Made by a program: the position numbers and the translations under genes. A stretch of DNA of 64,000 nt from assembly GCA_038532355.1 (NCBI GenBank), contig JBCBAT010000016.1, forward strand, positions 9,159-73,158, in the 5' to 3' direction. This document shows, piece by piece, positions 7,924-17,335 of the stretch. Below the pieces are notes generated by a model. That model was not told where the DNA came from. It did no database searches and saw nothing but the letters and a program-made list of their open reading frames with translations. Each line of letters opens with the position of its first letter. Position 1 is the stretch's first letter. Source of the DNA: Pseudomonadota bacterium (GTDB taxonomy: Bacteria; Pseudomonadota; Alphaproteobacteria; Rhodobacterales; Rhodobacteraceae).

Positions 7924-9246
7924 ATGACCCTAACCGACCTGCTGCTTGACCTGGCAGAGATGCCGCGGGGGGCGTGTTCGGAGCGGGCGGTGAGGTTGGC
8001 GCGGTTTTCGCTGTTGGATTGGAGTGCCTGTGGCCTTGCCGGGCGGCAAGAGCCCGTGGCGCGGCATCTGCGCGCGTTGGCGGAGGCGGAAGGGGGGCGG
8101 CCCGTGGCCTCTGTCATCGGTGGGTGTCGCGCGCCTGCCCGCATGGCTGCGCTGGTCAATGGGGCGACATCCCATGCGCTTGATTATGATGACACGCATT
8201 TTGGCCATGTGGGGCATCTGTCTGTCGCGATTTACCCCGCAGCGCTGGCTGCCGCGGAAGAGGTGGGCGCATCCGCAGGCGATCTGGTGGAGGCGTTTTT
8301 GCTGGGCGCGGAAGGGGCCATTCGGGTGGGGCAGGCTCTAGGCCGGGCGCATTACGATCTGGGGTTTCACCAAACCGCCACCAGTGGTGCGTTCGGGGCG
8401 ACGATGGCGGCGGGGCGGATCTATGGGCTGAGCCGCAATGAGATGCGCGCGGCGTTGGGGCTGTGCGCGACGCGGGCCTCGGGGCTCAAGTCTCAGTTTG
8501 GCACGATGGGCAAGCCGCTCAATGCCGGGATCGCGGCGGCCAATGGCATGGAATGCGCGACGCTGGCGCGGTTGGGGCTGACCTCTGCCGAGGATGGGCT
8601 GGCCGGGCCGCAGGGGTTTATCCCGACGCACACGCCCCAGATCGGTGAGGTGACGCCGCCGGGTGTGTGGCTCTTTGAGGAGAACAAGTACAAGCTGCAT
8701 GCCTGTTGCCACGGCACGCATGCGATGATCGAGGCGCTTCTGGCGTGCGGCGTGGCGTTTGAGGATGTGGAGGCGATCCATCTGCGCACCAATCCGCGCT
8801 GGCTGCGGGTGTGCGATATCAAGGCCCCGCGCACGGGGCTTGAGGTGAAGTTCAGCTATGCGTGGCTGGCGGGCATGGCGCTGCGCGGGGATGCGACGGG
8901 GGATGATCGGGTCTATCGCGATGCGCTGGCCGGGGATGAGGAATTGGCCGGGTTTGCCCAGCGCGTTGAGGTGATCGGGGATGAAGCTGTGACGGATTTG
9001 CAGGCGGCGGGCGTGCTGCGCCTGAAAGACGGATCAGAGGTGGTGTTGCAGCATGATCTGGCCGCGCCGATTGAGGAGGCTGCGTTAGCTGCGCGACTGC
9101 GCCAGAAGGCCGAAGCGATGCTTGGGGACGAAGGTGCGGCGCTTTGGGATATGCTCAGCGGGTTGGATGCTATGCCTGCGACGTCCATTGGTAAGATTTT
9201 GTCGCGTGAAAGCGGTCAGAGCCCCGGCGCGGAATCAAGGGCGTAG
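7924..9246 (+). CDS. MmgE/PrpD family protein (substrate unknown)
   Basis: NGATSHALDYDDTH, GFHQTATSG, QFGTMGKPLNAG and KLHACCHGTH motifs; AAGGA RBS before ATG 7924. Confidence 0.9.
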   Translation: MTLTDLLLDLAEMPRGACSERAVRLARFSLLDWSACGLAGRQEPVARHLRALAEAEGGRPVASVIGGCRAPARMAALVNGATSHALDYDDTHFGHVGHLSVAIYPAALAAAEEVGASAGDLVEAFLLGAEGAIRVGQALGRAHYDLGFHQTATSGAFGATMAAGRIYGLSRNEMRAALGLCATRASGLKSQFGTMGKPLNAGIAAANGMECATLARLGLTSAEDGLAGPQGFIPTHTPQIGEVTPPGVWLFEENKYKLHACCHGTHAMIEALLACGVAFEDVEAIHLRTNPRWLRVCDIKAPRTGLEVKFSYAWLAGMALRGDATGDDRVYRDALAGDEELAGFAQRVEVIGDEAVTDLQAAGVLRLKDGSEVVLQHDLAAPIEEAALAARLRQKAEAMLGDEGAALWDMLSGLDAMPATSIGKILSRESGQSPGAESRA

Positions 9247-9387
9247 CCCGTCGCGCCTTCGACAAGTCCCACCCAGGGCCTGGCGAAATGTCAACGTTTG
9301 TTAATGGTTCACTCCCACAGCGACACGTCACCATAAAGCGCCTTCAATTGAGATCGGGATCGCCAGACCGGGGCCTGACGAATGCGC
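9224..9387 (+). repeat. Dispersed palindromic element family A, copy 2
   Basis: GGCGCGGAATCAAGG; arm GCGCCTTCGACAAGTCCC (9253-9270); CCACCCAGGGCCTGGCGAA; CCATAAAGCGCC; GGATCGCCAGACC; arm GGGGCCTGACGAATGCGC (9370-9387). Confidence 0.88.
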
Positions 9388-10382
9388 TATACAGGCACCA
9401 CCGTCGCCTGGCCCTGCGCCACGGCGACCTCCACGATGGACTCAGCCACGGCCAGATCCTGTAGCCCCACACCGGTGCCATCAAAGATCGTGATCTCGTC
9501 CTCAGACGTTCGCCCCGGATGCGTGCCGTTGATGACCGCGCCCAGTTGCTGAACATCCGCCTCTGCAATCAGACCCGCAGCAACGGCATGCTGCGCCTCC
9601 CCGATGGACACCGACTGCGCGACCTCATCGGTGAACACCGTGGCCTTGGCCAGCAGATCGGCGGCCAGTTCCTGTTTGCCCTTCGTGTCAGTGCCCATGC
9701 AGGCGATATGAGTGCCCGGGCTGACATGTTCGGCCAGAAGCGTGGCATCAAAGGACGACGTGATGGAAATGATCGCATCTGCCGCCTGCATCCCCGGCAG
9801 ATCGACGGGTTCAAACGGCACACCGGCCTCCATCGCAACCTCGGCAATGTTGGGCAGCATATCGGGGTGGTAGTTCCAGCCGATCACCTTCTCGAAGCGA
9901 TGCGTCTCAAGGGCCGCGCGCAGCTGGAACGTCGCCTGATGGCCCGCGCCGATCATGCCCAACACCTTCGCATCCTTGCGCATCAAATGCTTCAATGACA
10001 CCGAAGACGCCGCCGCCGTGCGCAGCGCGGTGAGCAGATTGCCCCCAACCATCGCCTTCACCCGGCCTGTATCGGGATCAAAGAGGAACACCGTCGATTG
10101 GTGATTGATCAACCCGCGCCGGTCGAGGTTATGCGGCCAGTACCCCCCGGCCTTCAGACCCAGCACACCGCCTGCGCGGTCAAACCCGCCTTTGAAGCCG
10201 TAAAGCGCGTCTTCGTGACCAATCGCCTCTCGCACCACGGGGAAGTTATAGGCATCCCCCGCCGCCATTGCGGCAAAGACCTTCTCCACCGCATCAAACG
10301 CGGCTTCGCGGGTCAGCATATCTGCGATCATGCTTTCTGGCACGATGGCCAGTTCGTGTTGGTTCAGCCCGGGACCATCCAT
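9387..10382 (-). CDS. bhcD: Iminosuccinate reductase (ornithine cyclodeaminase/mu-crystallin family)
   Basis: GLKAGGYW, LTALRTAAAS, IGAGHQA, FDGTGVGLQDLA motifs; last gene of the bhcABCD order; TGATG overlap with bhcC. Confidence 0.9.
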   Translation of the reverse strand: MDGPGLNQHELAIVPESMIADMLTREAAFDAVEKVFAAMAAGDAYNFPVVREAIGHEDALYGFKGGFDRAGGVLGLKAGGYWPHNLDRRGLINHQSTVFLFDPDTGRVKAMVGGNLLTALRTAAASSVSLKHLMRKDAKVLGMIGAGHQATFQLRAALETHRFEKVIGWNYHPDMLPNIAEVAMEAGVPFEPVDLPGMQAADAIISITSSFDATLLAEHVSPGTHIACMGTDTKGKQELAADLLAKATVFTDEVAQSVSIGEAQHAVAAGLIAEADVQQLGAVINGTHPGRTSEDEITIFDGTGVGLQDLAVAESIVEVAVAQGQATVVPV

Positions 10383-11545
10383 CAGAATGCCTTCCCGCGT
10401 GCCGATACCGGCCACAGCGTTTCCACCTTGCCGTCGCGCACGCCGACATACCAGTCATGAACGTTGCAGGTGGGGTCACAGTGCCCCGGCACCAGTTTCA
10501 GCTTGTCATTGACCTTCAGCACACCATCAGGGTCCGCGACCACGCCGTGTTCATCCGAACACTTGGCATAAACCACGTCCCGACGCCCAAACACGACCGG
10601 CAGGCCGCTGTCGATGGATTGCGCCTTCAGGCCCGCATCGACGATGGCTTTGTCCGCCTTGGCGTGACTCATGACCGAGGTCAGCAAAAACAGCGCATTT
10701 TCCCATTCGCCCTCATCAATCCGGTTGCCATCCTTGTCGAGGATCCGGCCATAATCGGCATCCATAAAGGCGTAGGATCCACACTGGAGTTCATTATAAA
10801 CCCCTGAATTGCTTTCGAAATAATAGGACCCGGTGCCGCCACCGCCGACGATGTCACATTCGATACCTTCGTCGCGAAGCGTGTCCACCGCGTCCTTCAC
10901 CATGGCCACGGCAATGTCGATCTTGGACTTGCGGGTGTCGTAGCTGTCCATGTGCTGCATCGCGCCCTGATAGGCTTGCAGCCCTGCAAATTTCAGCCCT
11001 TCGGCGGCATCGATGGCCGTGGCGATCTCCACCACTTCAGGCGTGGTGGTCACACCACAGCGTCCTGCGCCGCAATCAATTTCCACAAGGCATTCGATCT
11101 GCGTGCCATGGCTGACGGCGGCCGCCGACAGATCGGCCACATTGGCCAGATCATCCACACAGCAGATCGCCCGCGCGCCCAGTTTGGGCAGGCGCGCGAG
11201 GCGGTCGATCTTGGCCGGGTCGCGCACCTGGTTCGACACCAGCACATCCATGATACCGCCGCGCGCGAACACCTCCGCCTCAGACACTTTCTGGCAGCAG
11301 ACCCCGCAGGCACCGCCCAAATCCATCTGCAGCTTCGCCACATCGACGGATTTGTGCATCTTGCCATGGACCCGGTGGCGCATGCCATGGGCCTTGGCGT
11401 AATCGCCCATTTTTTTGATGTTGCGTTCCAGCGCGTCGAGGTCGAGCACGAGGGCGGGCGTCTGAATATCGGCCTCATCCATCCCCGGCAGCGCGGGCAC
11501 GTCATAGCCCACTTCAAGCTCACTATATTGGGTCAGATCTTTCAT
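10382..11545 (-). CDS. bhcC: beta-hydroxyaspartate aldolase (DSD1/D-threonine aldolase family, PLP)
   Basis: IQTPALVLDLD, HRVHGKMHKS (PLP lysine), ELQCGSYAFMD, GHCDPTCN; operon context. Confidence 0.92.
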   Translation of the reverse strand: MKDLTQYSELEVGYDVPALPGMDEADIQTPALVLDLDALERNIKKMGDYAKAHGMRHRVHGKMHKSVDVAKLQMDLGGACGVCCQKVSEAEVFARGGIMDVLVSNQVRDPAKIDRLARLPKLGARAICCVDDLANVADLSAAAVSHGTQIECLVEIDCGAGRCGVTTTPEVVEIATAIDAAEGLKFAGLQAYQGAMQHMDSYDTRKSKIDIAVAMVKDAVDTLRDEGIECDIVGGGGTGSYYFESNSGVYNELQCGSYAFMDADYGRILDKDGNRIDEGEWENALFLLTSVMSHAKADKAIVDAGLKAQSIDSGLPVVFGRRDVVYAKCSDEHGVVADPDGVLKVNDKLKLVPGHCDPTCNVHDWYVGVRDGKVETLWPVSARGKAF

Positions 11546-11556
11546 CTCAGGTCTCC

Positions 11557-12522
11557 TCAAAGTGTCCAGGGAAGGCGGTCCAAATCAACATTCCCGCCGG
11601 TTACGATCACACCGACGCGCTTGCCGGCAAAGTAGTCAGGGTTCTTCAGAATGCAGGGCAGCGGCACAGCGCAAGAGGCCTCCATCACGATGCGCAGATG
11701 CTTCCACGTCAGTTTCATCGCCTCGATGATTTCGTCCTCGGAGGCGGTGAAAATTTCCGTCACGTGGTTCGACACGAAATGCCATGTGCGTTCCTTCAGC
11801 GGCACAAGCAGCCCATCCGCGATGGTCTTGGGCGCGTCATCTGCAATGATGTAGCCTGCTTTGAAACTGCGATAGGCGTCATCAGCCTGCTCGGGTTCAG
11901 CGGCGATGATCTGCACGTCCGGGGCCAGCGTCGACAGCGTCAGACACGTCCCCGAAATCATGCCACCACCCCCTATGGGCGCGACCATCATGTCCAGCCC
12001 ATCGGTCTGTTCCATGAATTCCTTCGAACAGGTCCCCTGCCCCGCAATCACGCGTGGGTCGTTGTATGGATGCACGAAATCGCCGCCTGTTGCGGCCTGC
12101 ACCTCGGCAAAGGTCGCCTCGCGGCTGCTGGTCGACGGCTCACATTCGGTGATGATCCCGCCATAGCGGCGCACCGTATCCTTCTTGGCCTGCGGCGCGG
12201 TGCGCGGCATGACCACATTGCAGGGAATGCCCCGGCGCGCGGCGGCATAGCTGAGGCAGGAGGCATGGTTGCCGGACGAATGCGTCGCGACGCCCAATTT
12301 CGCCTGTTCCTCATCCAGCCCGAAGACCGCATTGGTGGCCCCGCGCACCTTGAACGCGCCCGGTTCCTGAAAGTTCTCGCATTTGAAGAACAGCTGCGCG
12401 CCCGTCAGGCCGTTCAGGTGATCCGACGTCATCACCGGCGTGCGGCGGATATGCGGCTTGATCCGCTCATGGGCCTCCAGCATGTCGTCATAGGTGGGGA
12501 TATCGAGGGGAAGATCCTTCAT
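11557..12522 (-). CDS. bhcB: beta-hydroxyaspartate dehydratase (Ser/Thr dehydratase family)
   Basis: FKCENFQEPGAFKVRGA, SSGNHA, PIGGGGMISG, TGGNVD; operon context. Confidence 0.92.
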   Translation of the reverse strand: MKDLPLDIPTYDDMLEAHERIKPHIRRTPVMTSDHLNGLTGAQLFFKCENFQEPGAFKVRGATNAVFGLDEEQAKLGVATHSSGNHASCLSYAAARRGIPCNVVMPRTAPQAKKDTVRRYGGIITECEPSTSSREATFAEVQAATGGDFVHPYNDPRVIAGQGTCSKEFMEQTDGLDMMVAPIGGGGMISGTCLTLSTLAPDVQIIAAEPEQADDAYRSFKAGYIIADDAPKTIADGLLVPLKERTWHFVSNHVTEIFTASEDEIIEAMKLTWKHLRIVMEASCAVPLPCILKNPDYFAGKRVGVIVTGGNVDLDRLPWTL

Positions 12523-13712
12523 TCTGCCGCCTCCAGAAAGCGTTCCAATTTGCCCATGCGATAGACGTCCTGCGCCGCCACAACGCCCGCCCCGCGCGGG
12601 ATGTCGAGGCCAAGATCAGCCATCGCCATTTCCACCGTTGCAAGCCCGCTTAGCATCATGGGCTCGGTGAGGCTGCCCAGATGGCCGATGCGGAAGACCT
12701 TGCCCGCCACATCCCCCAACCCCGCACCGAACGACATGCCATAGGCAGTATCGGCGTGGGCCACGATGCGCCCGGCGTCAAAGCCCTCCGGCGTGCGAAT
12801 GGCCGTGACGGTGTTGGAGTAAAGATCAGGCGAGGTGGCGCAGATGTCCAAGCCCCAGGCCCGCACGGCGGCGCGCACGCCCTCTGCAATCCGGGCATGG
12901 CGGGCGAACACGTTCTCCAACCCCTCAGACAGCAGCATTTTGCAGGCCTCGTTGAGGCCATTGAGCAAGCCATAAGCGGGGGTGTACGGGTATCCGCCCG
13001 TCGCCGTGGCCGCCGCCATATCCTGAATTCTGAAATAGCCCCGCGGCAGGCCCGCCTGTTCCGTGGCCGCCATGGCGCGCGCCGAAAAGGCGGCGATCCC
13101 AAGCCCGGCAGGCAGCATGAAACCCTTTTGCGACCCGGCCACGGCCACGTCGACGCGCCAGTCATCAAACCGGAAATCCATCGATCCGATGGAACTGACC
13201 CCGTCGACGAACAGCAATGCCGGATGGCCCGCGCTGTCCATTGCGGCGCGGATGGCGGCGATGTCGGATGTGACGCCCGTGGCGGTTTCATTATGTGTGG
13301 CGAGCACCGCCTTGATCGTGTGATCGGTATCTGCGGCCAGCTGTGTCTCGGCCCAATCCGCCGGGAAGCCTTCGCCCCAGGCCACCTCTGTCATCACCAC
13401 GTTCAACCCGAAATCGCGGCACATCTTGATCCATTTGTGGCTGAACATCCCATTGCGCACTGCCAGCACCGTGTCACCGGGGGAAAGCGTGTTGGCAATC
13501 GCGGTTTCCCAGCCGCCCGTGGCGGTCGAAGGGAATATGAACACCTGCGCATCCGTGGCCTTGATCACCGATTGCACACCCGCACGGGCAGAGGCCAGAA
13601 GCGCCGGAAACGCGGCGGAGCGGTGATCAATCGTGGGCAGATCACAGGCCCGGCGCAGGGCCTCGGGCATATTGGTGGGCCCTGGGATGAAAACCGGGTT
13701 TTGAAGACTCAT
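12519..13712 (-). CDS. bhcA: Aspartate-glyoxylate aminotransferase (class V PLP)
   Basis: FIPGPTN, HNETATGV, VDGVSS, GSQKG, FRIGHLG; first gene of the bhc operon. Confidence 0.9.
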   Translation of the reverse strand: MSLQNPVFIPGPTNMPEALRRACDLPTIDHRSAAFPALLASARAGVQSVIKATDAQVFIFPSTATGGWETAIANTLSPGDTVLAVRNGMFSHKWIKMCRDFGLNVVMTEVAWGEGFPADWAETQLAADTDHTIKAVLATHNETATGVTSDIAAIRAAMDSAGHPALLFVDGVSSIGSMDFRFDDWRVDVAVAGSQKGFMLPAGLGIAAFSARAMAATEQAGLPRGYFRIQDMAAATATGGYPYTPAYGLLNGLNEACKMLLSEGLENVFARHARIAEGVRAAVRAWGLDICATSPDLYSNTVTAIRTPEGFDAGRIVAHADTAYGMSFGAGLGDVAGKVFRIGHLGSLTEPMMLSGLATVEMAMADLGLDIPRGAGVVAAQDVYRMGKLERFLEAAE

Positions 13713-13775
13713 GGCTGCGCTCCTCCGTCAAGCTGAGCATGTTTTACGCAGTCCCGACGCGCATCACAATTTTTT

Positions 13776-13853
13776 TGAAAACGTTTTTCATATTTCAAGG
13801 ATTGGGGAAAAATAGCGTATTTACAGTCCTTTGCATTTTTTCATATAGTGAAA
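13776..13853. promoter_or_regulatory. Two 15-bp palindromes, candidate BhcR operators (TGAAAACGTTTTTCA; TTTCATATAGTGAAA)
   Basis: At 13776-13790 and 13839-13853 in the AT-rich divergent bhcA/bhcR promoter region. Confidence 0.55.
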
Positions 13854-13888
13854 TAGATTTTTGAATTTTGAAAAAGAGAGCGTGAGCC

Positions 13889-14707
13889 ATGGCCCAATCC
13901 ACACCCAGACGCAGCCGCGGGCGGCCCAAGGCATGGGATGACAAAACCGATCAGAACACCATCAAATCGCTCGACCGGGCGATGGATGTGTTGGAACATC
14001 TGTCCTCTCAATCCGGGGCCACGCTGTCAGAACTGGCCGAGGATCTGGGCCAATCGCCCGCCACCGTCTACCGCGTGCTGGTCACGCTGGAAGGGCGCGG
14101 GATGGCGGAGTTTGATGCGGAAAATCAGCTTTGGTATGTGGGCGCGCAAGCGTTTGTCATTGGCGCGCGGTATCTGCGGCGCACGTCGCTGGTGGATCGC
14201 GCCACACCCATCCTGCACCAACTTATGACCCGCACGGGCGAGACGGCGAACCTTGGTGTGCCGCGCGGGGGCGATGTGGTCTTCGTGGCGCAGGCTGAAT
14301 GTAATCATTCGATCCGCGCGTTCTTTCCCCACGGGTCGGCCTCCCCCATGCATGCCTCCGGCATCGGCAAGGCGCTGTTGTCAGAGATGAGTGAGGCGCA
14401 GATCGACGCGCTCATGCGCGACACGGTGTTGGAGGAATTCACCCAGTTCACCATCACCGATGCCCCCGCCCTGTCCGAAGAGATGACGCGCATCCGGGCG
14501 CGCGGCTATTCCATCGATGATCAGGAAAAAAACATCGGCATGCGCTGCATCGCGGCCCCGGTGCGCAACTGGACAGGTCATGCGGTGGCTGGCATTTCCA
14601 TATCCGGCCCAGTGGCGCGGATTGAGGATGCGGAAGTGGCGGGGTTGGCCCGTGCCGTGATGCAGGCGGCGAAGGAGCTGTCTGCCGCCCTTGGGTCTGA
14701 TGGTTGA
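13889..14707 (+). CDS. bhcR: IclR-family regulator of the bhc operon
   Basis: IKSLDRAMDVLE HTH, GETANL, HASGIGKALL, RCIAAPV; divergent from bhcA. Confidence 0.9.
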   Translation: MAQSTPRRSRGRPKAWDDKTDQNTIKSLDRAMDVLEHLSSQSGATLSELAEDLGQSPATVYRVLVTLEGRGMAEFDAENQLWYVGAQAFVIGARYLRRTSLVDRATPILHQLMTRTGETANLGVPRGGDVVFVAQAECNHSIRAFFPHGSASPMHASGIGKALLSEMSEAQIDALMRDTVLEEFTQFTITDAPALSEEMTRIRARGYSIDDQEKNIGMRCIAAPVRNWTGHAVAGISISGPVARIEDAEVAGLARAVMQAAKELSAALGSDG

Positions 14708-14749
14708 GCCCAATACGAAACCCTTGCGGGAGGCGTGAGTTTCCTTCAT

Positions 14750-14765
14750 ATTCAAATAATCGAAT
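14750..14765. promoter_or_regulatory. ATTC-N8-GAAT box, candidate SoxR operator
   Basis: ATTC-AAATAATC-GAAT just upstream of the MBL-hydrolase operon; same motif recurs at 23675, 25965 and 26902. Confidence 0.6.
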
Positions 14766-14783
14766 TTATTGGGGGTTCCAACC

Positions 14784-15689
14784 GTGCTGTCCCGTCGTTC
14801 TTTCCTGCAAACCGCTGCGGCCCTGCCGTTGGCGACCGCCTTGCCCCGCCCCGCCATGGCGGACATGGCCATCGGGTCTGCCACCCTGACCACCGTCAGC
14901 GATGGTTATCTGACCCTGCCTGGCAGCTTCCTCTTTGATCCCATGCCGCAGAAGGAACTCAGCCCGATCCTGACGGAATATGGCCTCTCGCGTGATCAAC
15001 TGACGCCGGAATGCAACCTCGCGCTTTACCGCGACGGGCAGAACACCGTGCTGTTTGACGTGGGCGCGGGACCGGATTTCATGCCCTCCTCTGGCGCGAT
15101 TGTGAACAGCCTTGATGCGGTGGGATTGGTGCCGGAGGATATCACCCATGTCCTTTTTACCCATGCCCATCCCGATCACATCTGGGGGCTGCTGGACGAC
15201 TTTGATGAGCCGCTTTTCTATGAGGCCACTTATATGATGGGCCGGGCGGAGTGGGAGTATTGGTGGAACCCCGAAACCGTCACCACGATTGGGGAGGCGC
15301 GCGCCGCCTTCGCCGTGGGGGCCAAGCGCCGGATGGAGATGATCGAGGACACCGTCACGCTCTTTGATGATGGCGATGAGGTACTGCCCGGGATTGCCGC
15401 CATTGCCACCCCGGGCCACACGCCGGGGCACATGGCTTTTGAGCTGCGGCAGGGCAATGAGGCCGCGCTGATCCTGGGCGATGCCATTGGCAATCACCAC
15501 GTGGCCTTCCGCAAACCCGCATGGGAAAGCGGTGCAGATCAGGATGCCGCCCAAGCCGTCAACACGCGGCAGATGCTGCTGGATCGGCTGACGGCGGAAC
15601 AGATGATGATGGTGGGCTTTCACCTGCCCGGCGGCGGTATGGGCCGCGCTGTGGTGGATGGCGATGGCTACCGGTTTGAAAGGGTTTGA
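14784..15689 (+). CDS. Tat-exported metallo-beta-lactamase-fold hydrolase (SoxG-like)
   Basis: LSRRSFLQ twin-arginine signal, THAHPDHIWG, TPGHTPGH, LGDA. Start GTG 14784 or TTG 14769. Confidence 0.8.
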   Translation: MLSRRSFLQTAAALPLATALPRPAMADMAIGSATLTTVSDGYLTLPGSFLFDPMPQKELSPILTEYGLSRDQLTPECNLALYRDGQNTVLFDVGAGPDFMPSSGAIVNSLDAVGLVPEDITHVLFTHAHPDHIWGLLDDFDEPLFYEATYMMGRAEWEYWWNPETVTTIGEARAAFAVGAKRRMEMIEDTVTLFDDGDEVLPGIAAIATPGHTPGHMAFELRQGNEAALILGDAIGNHHVAFRKPAWESGADQDAAQAVNTRQMLLDRLTAEQMMMVGFHLPGGGMGRAVVDGDGYRFERV

Positions 15690-15692
15690 ACG

Positions 15693-16634
15693 ATGCGCTG
15701 GATGATTGCCCTATTGACCCTCACCACCGCCGCGATTGCCCATGAGGATATCGCCGACAAATACCCCGAATCCCCGCTCTATAACAAACCGGTGGAGGTG
15801 ATCCCCCATGTCTGGTCCGCCATCGGGGCCACCGCGCCACCCACCTATGAAAACAGCGGGCACAACAACAATCTCAGCTTCATCGTGACAGGCGACGGGG
15901 TGATCGTGATCAATGGGGGGGCCGCGTACATTCTGGCCGAGGCGCTGCACGCGGAAATCAAGCAGATCACCGATCAGCCGGTGAAACTGGTGATCGATGA
16001 AAACGGCCAGGGCCACGCGATGCTGGGCAATTCCTACTGGGCCGAACAGGGCGTGCCGATCTTGGCGCATGTGGACGCCGCGCACGAGATTGAAACCCGC
16101 GGCAATCGCATTCTGGAGGGCATGAAGCGCTACAACCGCGACAAGGCAGACGGCACCTTCGTGGCCCCGCCCACGCAGACCTTCGAGGACAAGCACATCA
16201 TCGAGATGGGCGATTTTTACATTGAAGTGCTTTATCTCGGCCCTGCCCACGGGCCGGGGGACACGCAGGTCTGGCTGCCGGAACAGGGCCTCGTGATCGC
16301 AGGCGACATGGCCTTTCACGAACGCATGTTACCGATCTTTGAAGACACGATCGTCTATGACTGGATTGAAACGTGGGAGACCGGGTTTGAGGCCTTGAAT
16401 GCCACCTATGTGATCCCCGGCCATGGCCACCCCACCAACATGGATCAGGTCCGGCGCTATACGCGTGACTACCTTGTTTACCTGCGCGAGGTGGTGGGCG
16501 CGCATCTGGACGCGGGCGGTGATCTGGCCGATGCCTATTACGTGGATCAGACGCCTTATGCGCATCTGGACACCTATGAGGAACTGGCCACGCGCAATGC
16601 CGGCCGGGTCTATGAACAGATGGAATTTGAGTGA
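15693..16634 (+). CDS. soxH: Periplasmic MBL-fold protein, SoxH-like
   Basis: Sec signal, GHNNNLSFIV, ENGQGHAMLGN (non-canonical metal motif), GPAHGPGD, PGHG; adjacent to the sox cluster. Confidence 0.7.
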   Translation: MRWMIALLTLTTAAIAHEDIADKYPESPLYNKPVEVIPHVWSAIGATAPPTYENSGHNNNLSFIVTGDGVIVINGGAAYILAEALHAEIKQITDQPVKLVIDENGQGHAMLGNSYWAEQGVPILAHVDAAHEIETRGNRILEGMKRYNRDKADGTFVAPPTQTFEDKHIIEMGDFYIEVLYLGPAHGPGDTQVWLPEQGLVIAGDMAFHERMLPIFEDTIVYDWIETWETGFEALNATYVIPGHGHPTNMDQVRRYTRDYLVYLREVVGAHLDAGGDLADAYYVDQTPYAHLDTYEELATRNAGRVYEQMEFE

Positions 16635-17095
16635 TGCGACAGGCGCTGATGATGGCCGCCGCGCTGTGGCTTGCGACGGCTGAGGCGGTGCTTGCCGAGG
16701 CCGCGCTTTTGTCTGCGCCCGAGGCTGCCGAGCAGGTGGAGACGGGGGAGATGATCCTGCTCGATATCCGCTCCGCCGAGGAATGGGCGGAAAGCGGTGT
16801 GGCCCGAGGCGCGTGGCCCGTGTCAATGCATGCCGAGGATTTTCCCCAGCGTCTCAATGCCATTCTGGCGCGCTACCGCCCCGATCAAATCGGGCTGATT
16901 TGCGCAACCGGGGGCCGGTCGGCTTATGTCACGCGGGTGCTGGCGTCCAATGGGATCACGGGCGTGGTGGATGTGTCCGAGGGGATGTTTGGCAATGACA
17001 AGGGTGCTGGCTGGATCGCGCGGGAGATGCCCGTGGTGACAGTGGACGAGGCGATGAAGGGCTATGAGGCGGCGCAAGAGAGCTGGACGGACTAG
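16634..17095 (+). CDS. Exported rhodanese-like domain protein
   Basis: Signal peptide, LLDIRSAEEW, ICATGGRS active-site loop; TGATG coupling to the upstream gene. Confidence 0.85.
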   Translation: MRQALMMAAALWLATAEAVLAEAALLSAPEAAEQVETGEMILLDIRSAEEWAESGVARGAWPVSMHAEDFPQRLNAILARYRPDQIGLICATGGRSAYVTRVLASNGITGVVDVSEGMFGNDKGAGWIAREMPVVTVDEAMKGYEAAQESWTD

Positions 17096-17105
17096 GCGAT
17101 TTGAA

Positions 17106-17331
17106 GCGCCTTCGACAGGCCCCGGTCTGGCGATCCCGATCTCCGCACGGCAGCGCTTTATCTTCGGGTTCCCGCTGAGCGGTTGGGCGGCGCTTTGACG
17201 TCGACATTTCGCCAGGCCGTCGCGCCAAAGGCGCGCCACTTGTAGTTGGCACACCAAAGGTGTGACGTGGGGCCTGACGAAGGCGCGGCGGCGCAAGCGC
17301 CTTGTTTCCGCGCCAGGTGCGATGCGGCCTC
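17106..17331 (-). repeat. Dispersed palindromic element family A, copy 3 (inverted, longest)
   Basis: 18-bp inverted arms GCGCCTTCGACAGGCCCC (17106-17123) and GGGGCCTGACGAAGGCGC (17269-17286) with one mismatch; the other conserved blocks are present on the minus strand. Confidence 0.88.
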
Positions 17332-17335
17332 AAAC

